The position numbers and the translations under genes are program-made. The notes under the pieces are model-generated. The model saw only the letters and a list, made by a program, of their open reading frames with translations, was not told the origin of the DNA and did not search any database. A DNA stretch of 64,000 nucleotides from positions 1-64,000 of IMG/VR virus record IMGVR_UViG_3300045241_000115; one strand, written 5' to 3'. This document shows positions 1 to 9,134 of this stretch, one piece after another. How positions within the stretch are numbered: the first letter of the stretch is position 1; each line of letters begins with the position of its first letter. Source of the stretch: a virus.

Positions 1-728
1 TTCCATCCAGGCAATTTCCACGGGCCGTTGTGCAGCCATGTGCGTGGATGCTGGCGGAAGTCGCCCTTCGCTGGATCGTGCTTGGCGAATTGACCGTCGT
101 CGTCGTCTATCGCATCGACCAGAGCGACGATGATGTCGTTGTAGTCGTCGACCAACGTGAGTGCCTTCTGATATTCCCGGAAGGCCTCGGTCTTGCCGGC
201 CTTCCTTGGATACATTTCCCAGAATTCGTCCCACCCTTCGATTTCGCTCTGCGCGCGGCGATTTCGCGCGCGCGGAGAGTCTGAACGAAGTGAAGACTCT
301 TCTTGGACTCTTTCTTGAAGGAAGGACTCTTGTGCGGTTTTCCTGACATTACCTTGTGCGGTTTTCCTGACATTTAAGATGTGCGGTTTTTCTGACATCT
401 GCTCCAGATGTGCGGTTTTCCTGACATTTGGCGAAATGTGCGGTTTTGCCGGTTCTCCGGCGTATAAACGACCATCGGGATCGAGAATGATGAAGTGGTT
501 CGTGTCGTGGAAACGGCGCTTCACCTCGATCAATCCCAGACGCACCAGCTTGGCAGAGGCGGTAGCCCGCGATTGGCGGGTATTGATGCCAAGATCGCGG
601 GCGATTTCCTCGCCGGACGGCCATGTGAGATGCGCGCCGTTGGCCCGACCGACGAGATAGGCGTACAGGGTCCGTTCGGTGGGAGTCAGGCCGGGTGTTT
701 TGAGCGCCTCCATCATTGCGCGGCTCAT
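1..728 (-). CDS. Phage replication initiator, N-terminal HTH; runs off the left edge
   Basis: Not in the ORF track because it has no stop in the window. Manual translation from ATG 728 (ATGA overlap): MSRAMMEALKTPGLTPTERTLYAYLVGRAN..TWPSGEEIARDLG, later FWEMYPRKAGK and HPRTWLHNGPW, typical of phage initiators. Contains iterons. Confidence 0.8.
   Translation of the reverse strand, partial: MSRAMMEALKTPGLTPTERTLYAYLVGRANGAHLTWPSGEEIARDLGINTRQSRATASAKLVRLGLIEVKRRFHDTNHFIILDPDGRLYAGEPAKPHISPNVRKTAHLEQMSEKPHILNVRKTAQGNVRKTAQESFLQERVQEESSLRSDSPRARNRRAQSEIEGWDEFWEMYPRKAGKTEAFREYQKALTLVDDYNDIIVALVDAIDDDDGQFAKHDPAKGDFRQHPRTWLHNGPWKLPGW
331..447. repeat. Iteron-like direct repeats TGTGCGGTTTTCCTGACAT; probable replication origin
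   Basis: Copies start at 331, 355, 380 and 409, with a partial copy at 437. They lie inside the initiator gene, as in lambda O. Confidence 0.8.
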
Positions 729-970
729 GCCCGGCCCTCCCCATCGAGCTTACCGGGGACAAGGACATAAACACGACCGTCTCTGCGATAGATCAGGCCG
801 ACTTCGGTCAGCCACTCCACGTCACTGTCTGCCAGGGGCAACATTTCGTCGTCAGCGAAAACGACGCGACCCTGCTGGGCGAAGAACTTGCTGACCCTGA
901 GCAACAGATCGAATTGGGACTGGGAGATGTCTCCCGATGCCAGGGCATTCGTTCGCATCGCGCGGCTCAT
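725..970 (-). CDS. Hypothetical protein
   Basis: ATGA-coupled to both neighbours; GGAGG RBS. Confidence 0.65.
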   Translation of the reverse strand: MSRAMRTNALASGDISQSQFDLLLRVSKFFAQQGRVVFADDEMLPLADSDVEWLTEVGLIYRRDGRVYVLVPGKLDGEGRA

Positions 971-1314
971 GCTGCCCTCCCCTGTTCAGAGGGCATGTGC
1001 ACGTAGGCGATAGGTCGCCCGACCCGCTCCCGCCATAGCTCGTACAACCGCAGCAGGTTCATCAGATAATCCCGCCGCCCGTCGCGATAGGCGCGCTGCG
1101 CCTGCATCAGCCGGATGTTCCGTCGCACCTGCTCGTCGAACCGCCGGTCGATGCCGACCGCCCGACGTTGCTCGTTGACCAGATGCCGCGCCATCTGTTC
1201 GGCGTGGATTGCCCGACCGATTTCGCGGCGTATCCGGGCGGCCTTCTGGTCGGCCTCGAAGCGGGCCTTCCGCTCCGCCTTGGACGGCATGGTGGTTTCG
1301 ATTGTCTGTGACAT
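967..1314 (-). CDS. Hypothetical protein
   Basis: GGAG RBS; coupled to the downstream gene. Confidence 0.65.
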   Translation of the reverse strand: MSQTIETTMPSKAERKARFEADQKAARIRREIGRAIHAEQMARHLVNEQRRAVGIDRRFDEQVRRNIRLMQAQRAYRDGRRDYLMNLLRLYELWRERVGRPIAYVHMPSEQGRAA

Positions 1315-1515
1315 GTACTCGACTCCATCCCAAAGGGGTTGCCTTCGGAGCCGAGACGTGCCAAATCAGGGGTTGCGACGACCCTGATTGTGACGCGGCT
1401 CGACACCCGTCTCCAAAGGTTACAGCGCCCCGTTCATGCACCACATGACGGGGCGTCTCGCATTTTACGACACATCGCGCGAGTCGGGACAAGGCGTGTG
1501 ATTTCAACGCATTAA

Positions 1516-2607
1516 TCACGCCGCGCGCCCGTCCGTCGCGCGGACCTCATCCAGCGCCGCAGCCGCCTCGTCGGCGAACAACGGACTGCCCGAGTCGGGC
1601 GCCTTTTGTTCACCGCCCGACTCGGCGCCCCAGACATCCCAGCCCAGACGCGGACCCCGGGCGAACATCTCCAGACACGCCGCCGAGGGGAACATCTCCT
1701 CGACCAATTCCGCGGCCGCCGCAGGCTTGACGCTGTGGTCGCCGACCTCGCCCTGGAACACGCTGTCCATCTGCGTCCCCGGCGCAGGCGCCGGCACCGA
1801 TCCCTTGGTCCCCAGCAGCAGCAACTCGTGGCACGAGCGGTTCCAATAGCCCGTGCCGGGGCGCGGCTTCACCCACACCCAATGCGTGTGGTACTCGAAC
1901 CCCCACGCGTCCATCACGTCGAGCGCCTCGAGCAGCATCGGCGTCGTTGCCCACAGGAACAGCGCGCAATCCTCCGCGGCGGGCACCGTCATCTCGCAGA
2001 GTTCCTCGACGGTCATCGTCGGGTAGTGGTTCTCCGCCGCCCGATCCATGCCGGTCTCTCTCGAGTACGGCTCGAACCGCCAGGGCGGATCAGCCATGAT
2101 CACGCCGTAAAGCTTGGATCCCAGCGTCGCCGATGCGCGTTCGATGTCGGCCGCAAGCTCCGTCTCGCGCGCCTCGCGCCTGATCGACTTGACGTGCTGG
2201 CGCATCAATCTGACCGGCGGTGCCTTGCTGGTCTGACGTTGCACCTCGACGGCGTGATCCAACAAAGTCCGGGCCTGCTCGGGCGGCAGCGAGGCGACGG
2301 CGCGATGATGCTCGAACGGCAGCGTATGGAGTCGACTCAAAGGGTCGAACCTTGCCGCGACCGATCCATAGGAGCGGCACGTGGCGATGGTCGGTCCCTT
2401 CCAGGTCTCGGCCTGGACGATATCAACCCGGTGCTTGTGCTTCTCGCCCGAGTTCCACCAATCCCCGATCCACCACCCGACGGCGCGTTCGGCGCGGCCC
2501 AGTTCCTCGCCGATCTCCGCCCATCGTTTCTCGCTCAGGTTGTCCGGCAACACCATTGTCGTGTCCGTTACCGTCCCGCCTTTGATGCTCACCAGATCAG
2601 TCGTCAT
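1516..2607 (-). CDS. MT-A70 family adenine methyltransferase with an extra N-terminal domain
   Basis: Motifs MADPPW, LFLWAT, HELLLLG, HSVKP, LEMFAR; N-terminal WWIGDW region. Confidence 0.9.
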   Translation of the reverse strand: MTTDLVSIKGGTVTDTTMVLPDNLSEKRWAEIGEELGRAERAVGWWIGDWWNSGEKHKHRVDIVQAETWKGPTIATCRSYGSVAARFDPLSRLHTLPFEHHRAVASLPPEQARTLLDHAVEVQRQTSKAPPVRLMRQHVKSIRREARETELAADIERASATLGSKLYGVIMADPPWRFEPYSRETGMDRAAENHYPTMTVEELCEMTVPAAEDCALFLWATTPMLLEALDVMDAWGFEYHTHWVWVKPRPGTGYWNRSCHELLLLGTKGSVPAPAPGTQMDSVFQGEVGDHSVKPAAAAELVEEMFPSAACLEMFARGPRLGWDVWGAESGGEQKAPDSGSPLFADEAAAALDEVRATDGRAA

Positions 2608-2953
2608 CTGTTACGTCTCCCCACTTTTCCTTGATGTGATCGAGCATGTCCTGCATGCGTTGCAGGTCGTTGTGAAAGTCGCGGATCAATTCGCGCCCGG
2701 AGCGCAGATAGTGCCGCGGCGGCAGCAGCTCGGGCGGTGCCGGCTCAACGTCGGTATAGCGATGGCCCTTGGCGGTCTCGTTGACGCGGCCCTGATTGTC
2801 GCCGATGTAGTTCGCGATGCGATGCTGATCGTCGCCGCGCAGCAGCATGCCTTTGATCAGCGCGCCATCGGACGGAGGCTTGCTCGCTGCCGTAACGTAT
2901 GGCGGCGTCTCCGATGCGACATAGACCCGATGGCGCTTGCTGGGAGCGGTCAT
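2597..2953 (-). CDS. Hypothetical protein, possible HTH
   Basis: Operon context; QHRIANYIGDNQGRVNE is HTH-like. Confidence 0.6.
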   Translation of the reverse strand: MTAPSKRHRVYVASETPPYVTAASKPPSDGALIKGMLLRGDDQHRIANYIGDNQGRVNETAKGHRYTDVEPAPPELLPPRHYLRSGRELIRDFHNDLQRMQDMLDHIKEKWGDVTDDD

Positions 2954-3714
2954 GCGACGATCGCTCCGCCGCCTCTACGGCCAACCGTCTTGCGGCCATA
3001 GCTGTCCAATGCCACGCGTATTTCCGCCGCTCGCCTTTCCGCCTCGGCTATGCGTTCGAGCATATGCTTGCTAAGCGCAGCCATCTCAGCGTCCAGGGAG
3101 GCCATCTGATTGCGCAGCGCCGCGAGCTCAGGATCGATCAGGATCTTGCCGTATGCCGCCTCGCGGATTTTTGTCACTTCGGCCCACGGCACACCGACGC
3201 ACTGACCGATCGCCTGATCGCTTATCGCTTCGCCGTCAGCATTCGGCAGGTAGCAACCTTCCTTGTCGTCGAAGAACTGGTCGAGCATCCGGCGGATTTC
3301 CAACCGCTGGGCCGACGTCAGTTCAATATGGTCCCGCGGCATGTGCGGTCTCTCCTGTTCAGGCGGCGGCAGTGCCGGCACCGGTTCGGCGTATCCATCG
3401 ATCACTGGAGGCTCACTCATCGCGGGAATAACCACGCTGTCGAGTTCGACCTGCCGCCGCGAACGCGACCACGCCGGTGTCTTGCGGCAGTCCGGGCAGT
3501 ACACCCTGTTGACAGCCTCGCCGTCGGTATCCCATCCGCGCTTGCGCGCTTGTGCACCAAAGAAATTGCCGTGCTTGCGCGGATTGTTGTTCGCGATTTC
3601 CAATTCGTGCAAACACGAAACGCAGGTAAATCGCACCACCGACCGGCTCGTGTTTCCAACGCTGACAACGGCACTGCTGTAAGCTCTCGGTGTTCCTGAT
3701 GCCATGTCATGCAC
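2950..3714 (-). CDS. Hypothetical protein with Zn ribbon and C-terminal coiled coil
   Basis: CVSC...CPDC pair; coupled to neighbours. Confidence 0.65.
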   Translation of the reverse strand: MHDMASGTPRAYSSAVVSVGNTSRSVVRFTCVSCLHELEIANNNPRKHGNFFGAQARKRGWDTDGEAVNRVYCPDCRKTPAWSRSRRQVELDSVVIPAMSEPPVIDGYAEPVPALPPPEQERPHMPRDHIELTSAQRLEIRRMLDQFFDDKEGCYLPNADGEAISDQAIGQCVGVPWAEVTKIREAAYGKILIDPELAALRNQMASLDAEMAALSKHMLERIAEAERRAAEIRVALDSYGRKTVGRRGGGAIVA

Positions 3715-5509
3715 TCACCTCTATCGAGTGATGTTCCGGCAGCGGTTTGGCGTTCAGCTTCCGTTTGTCGCTGAGATAGTCGAACACCTGCGGTGGCGTT
3801 TCCGGATAATCCTGCGGCACCGGCAGCTTGTTCGGCATTTCCAAAACGCGATGGCCGTACAGGTTCGGCTTGAAATAAACAGCGACGCCTGCCTCGCGCG
3901 CCTGCGCCACCAGATCGGTGATCCAGTTGAACGGCGGGCGCCATTCCGGCGTGCGCGATGATGCCGACGCGCCACCAATCACCATCCACTGAAACAGATC
4001 GAGCCGCTTGAAGCGCAGCGGTTCCAGCATGGGCTCGATCGACAGCCAGCGCACCGAAGCGTTGACGTTGGCGAACGCAGCCTCGGCGTTGTTCACTCGC
4101 GCCTGCAGATCGACCGTGGTGCCCATCCAAGTGTTGTGGGGAATGTCGAACTCAGCCATCCGCTTGGGAAACTTGGTGAGCACGAGGAAATTCCAGTTGG
4201 GCGCATTGCGGATCGAGCCCAGCACGGCATTGATCCATTCCGTCGGTACCCACCGTCCGAACCAATCGGACATCGAACCGCAGAACACGTTCCGCAGTCG
4301 ATGATCGGTATTCGCGCCCTTCGGCACGCTCATGTTGCGTGGCGTGTTGAGCTGCACCGGCTTGAACGCCGGCGCGAAACCGTGCGGAAAGGCGTGCGCC
4401 GTGTTGCCCAGCGTGGCGATATCGCGGGCATAGCAATACGGGCAATCATGCAGGCAGCCGGTGATCGGGTTCCACGACCACTTCGCCCAATCGATGCCGT
4501 CGCCCTTCTGTTCGTTGAACGTGCCGGTCGCCGGCACCTTGCGGGGATCGGTCAGGATGGCCCGCGTGTTCTCATCGAGTTCGGTCCATTCCTTGAGAGA
4601 GACGGTAGCGAACAAGGACACGGCCCGCTCCTGCGATGCGAGCGCTTGGGCCCGTTCCGCGGCGCGTTCATCCTCGATCTGTCGGATCAACGGCCGCAAC
4701 ACGCGCTCAAGCTGGACTGGCGTCGATATGTTCTTGCCATCGAGCACTACATCGACGGTGCCCTCCAGCAGCGTATCGGGATGCGCGTCGTCCAGCTCGC
4801 GCAGCAGTTCGACATAACGGCCGAACATGGCGAGCATCTCGCGCACGTCGTCCAAAGACAGCAGGCCGCGGACGACTCGCTTGCCGATGCCGTCCCAATC
4901 GAACGCCCATTTGGCCTCGGGAGCGCCTTTGAACCCACGTACCATTGCGCGCGTCTCATCACGCGACAGATCATCGCGAATGACGGTCGATACCAAGGCA
5001 GACCACAGCCACGGCTCGGCTCGGTGTATTTCCACCAGACTGGCGAAATATTCGCCGAGCTTTGTACGGCCCGCCGTACAGGCTTCCGCTACCCTGGCCG
5101 CGTTGATCTCGTCCTCAACCGCACTGGCAGACCGGCCGGCCTCGCCGGCATAGCCGCGCACCGTCTTCCCGCTCTTCAGCGCGTGCATGCCACGTTCAAG
5201 CGACGTCAGTTCGCTCTGTGCGTTGGCTAATACCAACAGCATATAGGCTTCATCGTCACTCATCTCGCGCACCCAGGTCGGCACTTTTTTGAGCTCGGAT
5301 TTGCGCGCCGCTTTCACGCGGTTGTGGCCAGATAAGATCTGGAACGCGCCGTTGAGTGGTCGCGCCATGATCGCGTGAGCCGCGTCGAACCCGTGCTCGC
5401 GGATCAATGCGGCAATCTGGTCGATCACGTCGGTCCGTTCTATCAGCCGCGGATTGCCGGGATGCGGTGTCAGCTTATCGAGCGGAATTAGCTGCGGCGT
5501 ATCACTCAT
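3707..5509 (-). CDS. ParB N-terminal domain fused to DUF5131 (Gp37/Gp68-like radical SAM)
   Basis: HPGNPR and SGHNRVKAA (ParB); WNPITGCLHDCPYCYA, VFCGSMSDWF, LTKFP, WLSIEPML, WMVIGG (DUF5131). Confidence 0.9.
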   Translation of the reverse strand: MSDTPQLIPLDKLTPHPGNPRLIERTDVIDQIAALIREHGFDAAHAIMARPLNGAFQILSGHNRVKAARKSELKKVPTWVREMSDDEAYMLLVLANAQSELTSLERGMHALKSGKTVRGYAGEAGRSASAVEDEINAARVAEACTAGRTKLGEYFASLVEIHRAEPWLWSALVSTVIRDDLSRDETRAMVRGFKGAPEAKWAFDWDGIGKRVVRGLLSLDDVREMLAMFGRYVELLRELDDAHPDTLLEGTVDVVLDGKNISTPVQLERVLRPLIRQIEDERAAERAQALASQERAVSLFATVSLKEWTELDENTRAILTDPRKVPATGTFNEQKGDGIDWAKWSWNPITGCLHDCPYCYARDIATLGNTAHAFPHGFAPAFKPVQLNTPRNMSVPKGANTDHRLRNVFCGSMSDWFGRWVPTEWINAVLGSIRNAPNWNFLVLTKFPKRMAEFDIPHNTWMGTTVDLQARVNNAEAAFANVNASVRWLSIEPMLEPLRFKRLDLFQWMVIGGASASSRTPEWRPPFNWITDLVAQAREAGVAVYFKPNLYGHRVLEMPNKLPVPQDYPETPPQVFDYLSDKRKLNAKPLPEHHSIEVSA

Positions 5510-6411
5510 GCGGCTTCCTCCCCTTCATCATCATCGAACGACAACAGCGACGGACGCTTGCGCTCTAGCACCGACAATTCCAGCTCGTTCTGAAAATTGC
5601 CCTGCCGCTCACCGTTGACCATGTTCATGATCTGCAGCCCCTCCTCGCTGTCCCAGTGATACATTCCGAGTTTGCGATGATCGCCGGTCGGATGATTACG
5701 GCCAATCGCTAGCCAGAACCGGTTTTTGCCAAAGGTCTGACGGCTTACCAGCCAATGTCTGCGCTTGAGTTTCGTGCGAATTTCGTCCGGCGAGAGCGCC
5801 GCGAACTGTTCTTCCTTTCCCACCAGGCGGAGCTTGGAGTCTTTGCCTTGCGCCTGTGAGTACCATCGATAATTTATGTTGAGGATGATATCGATCTTCA
5901 GGAATTCTTCAGCGAACTGGATGACTTCATCGACCGGCACGCCACCGCCGCCATTCTTGGCGCGGTAGAACCAGGCGTTGGGATCGCAGAGCAGACTGCC
6001 CAGCGCGTGCTGCGGCCTGTCGCGCCGACGCACCTGTTCGGCGAACCGCCCGATGACCGACTTATTATCCTCGCAGAGCAGCGAGAGGCCGGATTGCGGC
6101 AAATGACCGTAATGGACTAGCCAATGTTCCAACTTAGCGATCGCAGCGGCGTCGTAATCGCAGAACCAGGCATAGACCGGCATTGCGGTAAGTTGGCGCT
6201 GCGCCAGCTCACAGAACACCATTGGCGAGCCAGGACATCCGGCGATTTCATTCCAGCCCGAACCGGCATTGAGATCGAGATGGAAATACGGCCGCGTCTG
6301 ACGCCATGCGTTTTTCTTGGCCCAGAAGTTGGCCATTCTCATGCCGATCGACTCTGCCGATCCGATTTTGCGCTCTTTGTCGAGCGTGCCGTCTCCCTGT
6401 CCCTGCTTCAC
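5506..6411 (-). CDS. Three-Cys-motif partner protein (TcmP-like, SAM-binding fold)
   Basis: HLDLNAGSG, GSP and LCDPN motifs; adjacent to DUF5131, its usual partner. Confidence 0.7.
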   Translation of the reverse strand: MKQGQGDGTLDKERKIGSAESIGMRMANFWAKKNAWRQTRPYFHLDLNAGSGWNEIAGCPGSPMVFCELAQRQLTAMPVYAWFCDYDAAAIAKLEHWLVHYGHLPQSGLSLLCEDNKSVIGRFAEQVRRRDRPQHALGSLLCDPNAWFYRAKNGGGGVPVDEVIQFAEEFLKIDIILNINYRWYSQAQGKDSKLRLVGKEEQFAALSPDEIRTKLKRRHWLVSRQTFGKNRFWLAIGRNHPTGDHRKLGMYHWDSEEGLQIMNMVNGERQGNFQNELELSVLERKRPSLLSFDDDEGEEAA

Positions 6412-6629
6412 AGCGTTTCCCCCTCATCCATCATTGGCAGCGTGCGCGCGACCAGCACGCCGCCGCGGCGCCGCGGATTGGCTTTCAGAGCCAATCGATG
6501 TCGCTTGCCGATCACCGCCCGCACCGTGACACCGAGGCGGTCGGCGATCTCGGGATCCGTCAGCCCCTCGCGCACCAGCCGGCGCAGCGAGGCGGTACGC
6601 TCGTCGGACCACAGATTGTCCCAGGGCAT
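6408..6629 (-). CDS. GcrA-like HTH regulator
   Basis: WSDERTASLRRLVREGLTDPEIADRLGVTVRAVIGKRHRL matches the GcrA N-terminus. Confidence 0.8.
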   Translation of the reverse strand: MPWDNLWSDERTASLRRLVREGLTDPEIADRLGVTVRAVIGKRHRLALKANPRRRGGVLVARTLPMMDEGETL

Positions 6630-7192
6630 CAGTTCACCCCCGCGAACAGCGGACCGGCGGCCGGACGGATGCCGAGCCGTTGGCGGCAGTACCAAAGCCA
6701 CAGCAGCGCAGAGTCGCCCGCGTTATGGTCCGGCACACGCCAGCCCATGCGCAGGCAATGCCTCAGCACCTCGCGTTTGACGGTGTCCTTGGCGAAATAG
6801 CGCCGGCCCATGATGTCCGCGCGCACCGTGCCGGGATCGACCTCGAAGATCGGGATGCTGGCGTTCCACGCCTCCATGCGCGCGATGCCGCGCAGGGTGA
6901 GCTGCTGGGCGGTGATCATCAGCGAAGTGTGGGCGGGCAGCGGCAGCGGCGCTTCCAGCACGAGCTGCGCCGGCGCCATGCGTTCGATCGCGTCGATCAT
7001 CCAGTCGTCGAACGCGAGATAGCGCGCGTCCTCGGTCGGCTCCCGCAGCCAGACCGAGCCATAGTGTGGCTTCGGATCGCCGATCAGGCCGTAGGTCCAA
7101 CCGAAGGTGCGGGCGAGGTCGAGGGCGAGGATGCCGCCAGAGCGAAAATTGGGTGCGGCCGCGAGGGCCGCCTGCTGGGCGGGTCGCGACAC
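6629..7192 (-). CDS. RuvC-like Holliday junction resolvase
   Basis: ILALDLA..GW, LVLEAP, HNAGDS acidic motifs. Confidence 0.75.
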   Translation of the reverse strand: MSRPAQQAALAAAPNFRSGGILALDLARTFGWTYGLIGDPKPHYGSVWLREPTEDARYLAFDDWMIDAIERMAPAQLVLEAPLPLPAHTSLMITAQQLTLRGIARMEAWNASIPIFEVDPGTVRADIMGRRYFAKDTVKREVLRHCLRMGWRVPDHNAGDSALLWLWYCRQRLGIRPAAGPLFAGVN

Positions 7193-7235
7193 GGCAAGAC
7201 TCCTGAAGGGGGAGAACGGTCAGCCGGGCCGCGTG

Positions 7236-7880
7236 TCAGTAGACGGTCGCCCCATTCTCCGTGGCGACGACCGGCCCCCGCCGTCGCGCCGAGCGCTGCC
7301 CTGTACGACGCGGCGTACGCGTTTGTCGTACGGGCTTGTTCTCCAGCGGCAGGGGATCCTGCTTGCGGCGCGGACGGCCCCTCCCCCTCCTGGCGGTGGC
7401 GACCGTCGCATCCGGGCCAAGCTCGCGGGCCTGCGCCGCCTTGCCCTTGCGCCACCAGTCGGTCCAGTGGACGTGAAGCTCGCTGCCGGGAGGATATGGG
7501 CAGTCCTCGACCGGGACGCCGTGGCGACCGGCGCGGTAGCCGGTTTCCTCGGCATCCCAGAGGTCTTGCCCGGCCTGGGTTTTTTCGGTGATGGCGAAGT
7601 CCATCCCGTCGAACAGTGACTCGGGCGTTACAGGGATGTGACGCAAACCGCTGTAGCGGATCTCGTCACGCAGGTTATTCACAACGGTTTCCGGTTCGAT
7701 CTTGCCGTTCCGAATCGCGCGCCGCATGGCTTTCTCGTTATGTCCCGCCGCCTTGATCTGTTTGTAGATCAAACGTAATGCCGAGTTTTCCTCGTCGCAC
7801 CTGCGCTGCTGGGCCATGACTTTGTGCATCCAGTCCAGCGCCTCGTCATTGGAGATCGCTTCGGAGGCGTTTGTAACCAT
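7236..7880 (-). CDS. GapR-like DNA-binding domain fused to an Rmf/CrpP-like motif
   Basis: LRLIYKQIKAAGHNEKAMRRAI, then GYRAG..CPY..W..WRKG. Confidence 0.55.
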   Translation of the reverse strand: MVTNASEAISNDEALDWMHKVMAQQRRCDEENSALRLIYKQIKAAGHNEKAMRRAIRNGKIEPETVVNNLRDEIRYSGLRHIPVTPESLFDGMDFAITEKTQAGQDLWDAEETGYRAGRHGVPVEDCPYPPGSELHVHWTDWWRKGKAAQARELGPDATVATARRGRGRPRRKQDPLPLENKPVRQTRTPRRTGQRSARRRGPVVATENGATVY

Positions 7881-7977
7881 GACGTTTTCCGACCTTTCGC
7901 TAACGTTTCCCGGAATTGTCGCGATTAATTAATTCGGCAAGAAAGTTATGCATCTTGTATTGAAAGGGGGTCCCGCA

Positions 7978-8259
7978 TTAATCTCCCGGCGTGACTCGGA
8001 AAGGGCCTGCCCGACCGCTGTGGGCCGATACGGTCCGTAGGTAGTCGTAGGTGATGCCGTGGATATGTCGCACTCGTGCCGACCTCTCGACCTGTTCCCA
8101 ATGCACCTGGGGGATCGATGAGCGACGCCGCCATGCCACCACTGTCTGGTACTGGACACCGCAGTCATCGGCGAGAACCCGCATTGCGGGCCACATCCGA
8201 ATGATGTCCGCGAAACTCAGTATGGCGAGGGCAGTGCCTTGCCGTGACCCGGATGCCAT
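7978..8259 (-). CDS. Cro-like HTH protein
   Basis: SFADIIRMWP..LADDCGVQYQTVVAWRRRSSIP; divergent from the CI-like gene; start uncertain. Confidence 0.75.
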   Translation of the reverse strand: MASGSRQGTALAILSFADIIRMWPAMRVLADDCGVQYQTVVAWRRRSSIPQVHWEQVERSARVRHIHGITYDYLRTVSAHSGRAGPFRVTPGD

Positions 8260-8271
8260 CAGACTGCCATT

Positions 8272-8298
8272 ATTGTGCCAGGCGCAAAATTCTGACAA
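8272..8298 (-). promoter_or_regulatory. Leftward promoter with putative repressor operator
   Basis: Minus strand -35 TTGTCA at 8298-8293; operator ATTTTGCGCCTGGCACAAT at 8290-8272 matches 9068-9086 at 17/19. Confidence 0.6.
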
Positions 8299-8315
8299 GG
8301 GGGTACAGACAGTCA

Positions 8316-8978
8316 ATGTCTGAAATCAAGACCCTCCCCCGGCCGGAGGATCGTCGCCTGATCGGCGGTCGATTGCGAAAGGCGCGCGAGGACGCCGGTT
8401 TCAAGACCGTGCGCGAGTTCGTCCTGCGCAGCGGGCTCAAATACGACACCTATTATCAGCACGAGACCGGGCGTCGTCCGCTGACGGTCGGCGCCGCGAC
8501 GCTTTATGCCAGGCTGCTGCAGGTCTCTCCCGCATGGATTTTGACAGGAGACACTTCCCACCGCCCAGGGTTGTGTCGTATCGTTGGGGAAGTCGGTAAC
8601 AACGGCACGGTTGTGCTGTTCGACACAGAGGGAGGCATCGATCCCGCGGTGGTCCCAAATGCGGACGAACACCTGGATATCCTGCGGGTCACCGACGACA
8701 GTGGAAAGCCGTTTACCGGCCTAAACGACTTGGTCTATTTCCGCCCTCTGCTCGGCTACAACAAGCTCGAATGCCACGGCGTCGATTGCGTCGTCCGGCT
8801 GGCGGACGGGCGCGTGCTGATCCGTCAGGTGATTGCCCAGGGCGGGAACCTCGCGACCCTGCTCGCCTACAACGGGAAACCGGAACTCAACGTCGAGATC
8901 GCCGCCGCATCGCCTGTGGAAATCGTGCGCAAGAGGCGGTCGTTGGGTCCCGTCGAGCAGCAGCTCGTCGCCGCCTGA
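8316..8978 (+). CDS. CI-like repressor (XRE HTH plus S24-like C-terminal domain)
   Basis: RLRKAREDAG..TYYQHETGRR..VSPAWILTG; C-terminal DCVVRLADGRVLIR. Confidence 0.85.
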   Translation: MSEIKTLPRPEDRRLIGGRLRKAREDAGFKTVREFVLRSGLKYDTYYQHETGRRPLTVGAATLYARLLQVSPAWILTGDTSHRPGLCRIVGEVGNNGTVVLFDTEGGIDPAVVPNADEHLDILRVTDDSGKPFTGLNDLVYFRPLLGYNKLECHGVDCVVRLADGRVLIRQVIAQGGNLATLLAYNGKPELNVEIAAASPVEIVRKRRSLGPVEQQLVAA

Positions 8979-9008
8979 TCTTCGTCTGATCTGATCCGAT
9001 AATTCAGC

Positions 9009-9036
9009 CGCCCTGGCGTTCACGCCGGGGCGTTTT
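9009..9036 (+). terminator. Intrinsic terminator after the repressor
   Basis: CGCCCTGGCG-TTCA-CGCCGGGGCG-TTTT. Confidence 0.65.
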
Positions 9037-9057
9037 GCTGTGCGTCCTGCCGCGCGC

Positions 9058-9086
9058 TTGACAGGCCATTTTGCGCGTCGCACAAT
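9058..9086 (+). promoter_or_regulatory. Sigma70-type promoter overlapped by an operator
   Basis: TTGACA-17 nt-CACAAT; operator ATTTTGCGCGTCGCACAAT at 9068-9086. Confidence 0.7.
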
Positions 9087-9134
9087 TTGCACGCCACACA
9101 ATTTGTGCGTGGTGCAAACAGAAAGGACGCAACA

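Noticed and set aside
331-447. CRISPR-like short repeats
   Set aside because: Spacers are only 4-9 nt and the repeats lie inside the initiator ORF, which fits iterons.
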